Assembly (NCBI RefSeq): GCF_009914755.1
Contig: NC_060947.1
From: the human T2T-CHM13v2.0 reference genome, Homo sapiens
Strand: one strand, 5' to 3'
DNA length: 64,000 nt
This document shows positions 58,847 through 64,000 of the stretch, piece by piece. The position numbers and the translations under genes are program-made. Every line of letters starts with the position of its first letter. Positions within the stretch are counted from its first letter, which is position 1. A model generated the notes under the pieces. That model worked only from the letters and a program-made list of their open reading frames with translations, ran no database searches and had not been told where the DNA came from.

Positions 58847-59199
58847 GTCCCCCTAGTGAATTTTTTTTTATTTTGGCAAATGTATTTTTCAGTTGTAGGG
58901 TTTCCATTTTTTAGAATATATTTTATTTATTTTCCAAGGTTTTCTGTTTTATTTATTTCAAATGTGTTTCTAAGCGCTTATTTAAGCATATTTATGATAG
59001 TTACTTTTAAAATTCTTGTTAGATAATTCCAATATCTGTGCCATCTTGGTTTTTGCATCTGTTCATTATCTTTGCTCATTCAAATGGAGATTTCCTGGTT
59101 CTTGGTATAAGTGATTTCCAATTATATCCTGACCATTTTGAGTATTATGAGACTTAGATTCATATTCATATTCGTATCTTATTATATACTTTTGCCAGG

Positions 59200-59975
59200 C
59201 TGACATGGTAGTGAGGGCTCTCTTTATACAAACAGCGTCTGCTGATGTCTGCTGCCTGGGAGGCAGAACCACTTCATCACTGCTATGGCTGGATGGTAGA
59301 CTGGCCCTGCTCCCACAAATCACATCTGCAGACACTCATGGGTAGTGGAGAGGCAGAGCTCCTCATCGACAACTCATTGTTGTTTTGTGGTATGTTAGTC
59401 AGGCTCTACTCTCATAGACAGCATTCTAGATCCCTGCTAGCCAAGAAGCAGAGAAGTGTCATTACCAGGGCCAGTATAGTAACAGACTTAATTCTCAGGT
59501 ACAGCCGCTGTTGATGCCTGCCATCCAGGAAACAGAGCCACCTTGTTGCATAGTGGGGTGGTAGATAGTATCCATGCTCATACTAAGCCTCCCTAGATGC
59601 CCATCCATAGGCCAGCATCAGGAGCCGTCTCATTGTCAGCACTGGTAGAAAGGGTTAGTTCTTGTATGCAGTGTCCATAGACCCCTCCAGTGGGCAGGCA
59701 GAGTAGTCTCATTACTGGGGCAGAATGGTAGACAGGCTCAGCTCTCAGGCACAGCCTCCACAGATTCCCACCAACTGAGACGCAGAGCCATCTTATTTCC
59801 ATAGCATGGTGATAAAAAGGTTCACTTCTCAAGCAGAGCATCTGCCAGCCAAGATATGGAGCCACCTTGTTGGAGTAGGGTGGTCAAACAGAGTCTGTAG
59901 GTGCCTACCAATCAGTATGCAGAGCTAGCTCGTTATTATCAGGGCTGGATGGTAGTCAAATCTCCACTCACACAA
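59200..59975. repeat. Degenerate tandem array of about 10 units of 70-100 bp
   Basis: Recurrent GGTAGACAGGCTCAGCTCTC...GCAGAGCCACCTCATT-like motifs near 59206, 59296, 59394, 59478, 59560, 59644, 59728, 59808, 59882 and 59951. Confidence 0.7.
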
Positions 59976-60404
59976 TCCTGGTGCTGGCAGGGGGTGTGGA
60001 GGTGGGCATAGTTTTTCCCATGGTGTTTAGCTATAAGTAGAGCTACTAGTATCAGAAAGGTGCTGTCATGCAAGTCTGACCTCTACCCAGAACGTCAGGC
60101 CTGTCCTTTTACCTTTTTTTCTTTTGGGTTCCTGTTGTTGTTTCCAGATTTAGATTTCCTATGCCCATTCTGGGACATACAGGAGGTAAAATAACAACAA
60201 CAACAACAACACTAATAATAATAATTCAGAGAACTCACCAATGAATCATTCCTTGAATCCTGAGGTCCCTAGATAGTTTGCCTTCTTTTCTCCACCATTC
60301 AGAGCCTCCTGGGGTCCATTTCATTTATTTTATCAAGGGCATTTAGGAGTGATAAGGGTGAAGACTAGGGTGAAATGTTCTTATGCCATGTTTTTCTGAT
60401 CCTC

Positions 60405-61055
60405 CATAAATTTCAAAATGTTTTAATTTTCATTCAGTTGAATATATTTTCTAATTTCCCTCGTGATTTCTTCTTCAATCCAAGTATTCTTTAGAAGACT
60501 GTTGTCTAATTTTCAAACATTTTTTATTTCTTAAATACTTTTTGTTGATTTCTAATTTAGTTCTTTTGTGGTCAATGAACATTCTTAGTATGATTTTAAT
60601 CCTTTTAAATGTATTTGGATTGTTTTGTGGCCTAGTGTATGGTTTATCCTGGAGAATGTTCTACATGTACTTTAGAAGAATGTATTTTCTGCTTTTATTG
60701 GGTAAAGTGCTCTAGAGATGCCAGTTATGTCAAGTTGGTTCGTAGCATTGTTCAAGTCTGTATCCTTCCTGAATTGCTGACCACTTGTCCTACCCATCAT
60801 CAGAAGTGAGATATTGAAATCTTTATTTTTGTTGAGTTGTTTATTTCACTCTTCAATTCTGTTAGTTTTGGTTTTGTGTATTTTTTCACACTTTTTAGGT
60901 GTATATCTTTTAACTGCTATATCTTCCTGATAAATTGACTCTTTTATCATCATAAAATACCCTTATTTTTCTCTAGTAACAATATTTTTCTTATTTTGTC
61001 CGATATTAATATGCTCACTCCAACTCTCTTCTGGTTGCTCTTTGCATGGTATATC
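60405..61055 (-). mobile_element. Old L1M ORF2 (endonuclease region) remnant
   Basis: TGGTTTATCCTGGAGAATGTTCTACATGTACTTTAGAAGAATGTATTTTCTGC. Confidence 0.7.
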
Positions 61056-62710
61056 TTTTTTTAACTTTTAAGTTCAGGGGTACATGTGCAGGTTTGTTAC
61101 ACAGGTAAGCTTGTGTCATGGGGGTTTGATGTACAGATTGTTTTGTCACCCAGGTATTAAGCCTAGTACCCATTAGTTATTTTTCCTGATCCTCTCCCTC
61201 CTCCCACCCTCTACCCTTTAATCAGACCCCGTGTGTGTTGTTCCCCTCTATGTGTCCATGTGCTCTTATCATTTATCTCCCACTTATAAGTGGGGACATG
61301 CAGTATTTGGTTTTCTGTTCCTGCATTAGTTTGCTAAGGATAATGGCCTTCAGCTCCATCCATGTCCCTGCAAAGTACATAATCTAATTCTTTTTTTATG
61401 GCTGCATAGTATTCCATGGTGCATATATACCACATTTCCTTTGTCTGCTCTATCATTGATGGGCATTTAGGTTGATTCCATGTCTTTGCTATTGTGAATA
61501 GTGCTGGAATGAACATATGCGTGCATGTGTCTTTGTAATAGAATGACTTATATTCCTTTTGGTATATACCCAATAATGGGATTGCTGGGTTGAATGGTAT
61601 TTCTGTCTTTAGGTCTTTGAGGAATCTCCACACTGTCTTCCACAATGGCTGAACTAAGTTACACTCCCCCCAAGAGTGTATAGGCATTCCTTTTTCTCTG
61701 CAACCTCACCAGCATCTGTTATTTTTTGGCTTTTTAATAATATCCATTCTGACTGGTGTTAGATGGTATCTCACTGCGGTTTTGATTTGCATTTCTCTAG
61801 TGATCAGTGATGCTGACCTTTTCTTTAAATGATTTTTGACTGCATGTATGTCTTCTTTTGGAAAAGGTCTGTTCACGTCCTTTGCCAACTTTTTAATTGT
61901 GTTGTTTGTTCTTTTCTTGTAAATTTGTTTAAGTTCTTTATAGATGAAAGATATTAGGTCTTTGTTGGATGCATAGTTTGCAAAAATTTTCCCTTGTTCT
62001 GTAGCCTGTCTGTTCACTCTGATGATAGTTTCTTTTACTGTGCAGAAGCTCTTTAGTTTAATTATATCCATTTGTCAATTTTTGCCTTTGTTGCAATAGC
62101 TTTTGGCATCTTCGTCGTGAAACCTTTGCCTGTGCCTATGTCCTGCATGGTATTGCCTAGGTTGTCTTCCAGAGTTTTTATACTTTTGGATTTTACATGT
62201 AAATCATTCATCTATTTTGAGTTAATTTTTGTTTATTGTGTAAGGAAAGGGTCCAGTTTCCATCTTCTGCATATGGCTAGCCAGTTATCCCAGCACCATT
62301 TACTGAATAGTGAATTCATTCCCCTTTGCTTGTTTTTGTCAGGTTTGTCTAAGTTCAGATAGTTGTAGGTTTGTGGAATTATTTCTGGGTTTTCTACTCT
62401 GTTCCATTGGTCTATGTGTCTATTTTGTATGAACACCATGCTGTTTTGGTTACTGTAGCCCTGTCGCATAATTTCAAGTCAGGTAGCATGAGGCCTCCAG
62501 CTTTGTTCTTTTTGCTTAGGATTGCCTTGTCTGTTCAGGCTGTTTTGTTTGTTTTTTTTTTTTTTTTTTTTTTTTTGGTTCCATACGAATTTTAAAAGTT
62601 TCTTTTTTTTTCTAGTTCTGTGAAGAATCTCAATGGCAGTTTAATAGGAATAGCATTGAATCTATACATTGTTTGGGGCAGTATGGCCGTTTTTACTATA
62701 TTGATTCTTT
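61056..62710 (-). mobile_element. Older L1PA (about PA11-13) 3' portion
   Basis: Has a 3' UTR and ORF2 C-terminal ORFs 61334-61687 and 61706-62071. Confidence 0.88.
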
Positions 62711-64000
62711 ATGTTAAATTCTGGGGTACATGCACAGGATGTGCAGGTTTGTTACATAGGTAAACGTGTAAAAAGTCATCATTCTTACTGGCATAAGATG
62801 CTATCTCATTGTGGTTTTGACTTGCATTTCTCTAATGATCAGTGATGCTGAGCTTTTTTTCGTGTTTGTTGGCTGCATAAATGTTTTCTTTTGAGAAGTG
62901 TCTGTTCATGTCCTTTGCCCACTTTTTAATGGGGTTGTTTGTTTTTTCTTGTAAATTTGTTTAAGTTCCTTATAGATTTTGGATATTAGACCTTTGTCAC
63001 ATGGATAGACTGCAAAAATTTTCTCCCATTCTGTAGGTTGTCTGTTCACTCTGATGATAGTTTCTTTTGCTGTGCAGAATCTCTTTAGCTTAGTTAGATC
63101 CCATTTGTCAATTTTTGCTTTTCTTGTGATTGCTTTTGATGTCTTTGTCATGAAATCTTTGTGCATGTCTATGTCCAGGATGGTATTGCCTAGGTTGTCT
63201 TCCAGGGTTTTTATAGTTTTGGGTTTTACATTTAAGTCTTTAATGCATCTTGAGTTAATTTTTGTATAGGGTTATTATTAAATAGGGAATCATTTTTAAT
63301 ATGTGGTGTTGGGAGAACTGGCTAGCCATATGCAAAAATAAGATGTGCAGCCTTATTTCTGAGTTCTCTATTCTGTTCCATTGGTCTATGTGTCTGTTTT
63401 TGTACCATGCTGTTTCAGTTACTGTAGCCTTGCAGTATAGTCTGAAGTCAGGTGGCATGATGCTTCCAGCTTTGTTCTTTTTGCTTAGCATTGTCTTGGC
63501 TATACAAGTTCTTTTTTGGTTCCATATAAATGTTAAAATAGTTTTTTCTAGTTCTGTGAAAAATGTCAATGGTCTTTTAATGGGAATAGCATTGACTCTA
63601 CAAATTACTTTGGGCAGTATGACCATTTTCACAATATTGATTCTTCCTATCCATGAGCATGGCAATGTTTTTCCATTTGTTTATATCCTCTCTGATTTCC
63701 TTGAGTGGTGGTTTGTATTAATAGTTCTCCTTGAAGAGGTCCTTCACTTCACTTGTTAGCTGTATTCCTAGGTATTTTATTCTCTTTGTAGCTATTGTGG
63801 ATGAAAGTTCATTCATGATTTGGCTCTCTACTTGTGTGTTGTTGGTGTCTAGGAATGCTAGTGATTTTTGCCCAATGATTTTGTATCCTGACACTTTGTT
63901 GAAGTTGCTTATCAGCTTACAGAGCTTTTGGACTGAGGCAATGGAGTTTTCTAGATATAGGATGATGTCATCTGCAAACAGAGACAATTTGACTCCCTCT
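62711..64000 (-). mobile_element. L1PA8-like element with an internal deletion and a micro-inversion, running off the window
   Basis: 3' end TTCTGGGGTACATGCACAGGATGTGCAGG; RT piece [14 protein letters not shown] at 63718-63987. Confidence 0.85.

Larger units (their letters stand above)
57380..60400 (-). mobile_element. Ancient L1M 5' region and ORF1 remnant, with nested insertions and an internal tandem array
   Basis: ORF1-like motifs (GTCTGGCCTCCACGATTTCTGAAGAAAAGTC; AAATTCTTGTTAGATAATTCCAATATCTG) and an L1M 5' end near 60385. Confidence 0.55.

Noticed and set aside
59200-59975. CRISPR-like repeat-spacer array
   Set aside because: Units are similar along their whole length with no conserved repeat and unique spacer, there are no cas genes, and the context is mammalian.

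Overview
This is primate (probably human) genomic DNA, AT-rich and mostly made of retroelement remains; the very high LINE-1 density would fit the X chromosome, but that cannot be proven from the sequence. I found no intact protein-coding gene, RNA gene or CRISPR array. The long ORFs in the track are pieces of L1 ORF1/ORF2, their antisense shadows, or a PCNA processed pseudogene. The main structure is a nest of insertions, each with its own target-site duplication (TSD): ancient L1M, then a PCNA retrocopy (13362-21080, minus), then a near full-length L1PA4-like element in its 3' UTR, then an AluY inside that L1. The window also holds two more full-length L1s (L1PA6-like minus, L1PA7-like plus) and a 5'-inverted L1 with a likely 3' transduction. 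Solo LTRs include HERV-H LTR7, MLT2A, MSTA, MER21 and MLT1, alongside several Alus and some unusual repair or mutation scars. I do not see a convincing new biological system. The best leads are an extended L1 ORF0 and antisense promoter aimed at the PCNA retrocopy, a possible APOBEC3-hypermutated LTR, and two independent lesions at the same L1 ORF2 site. Repeat subfamily names come from remembered consensus sequences, not from a database search.
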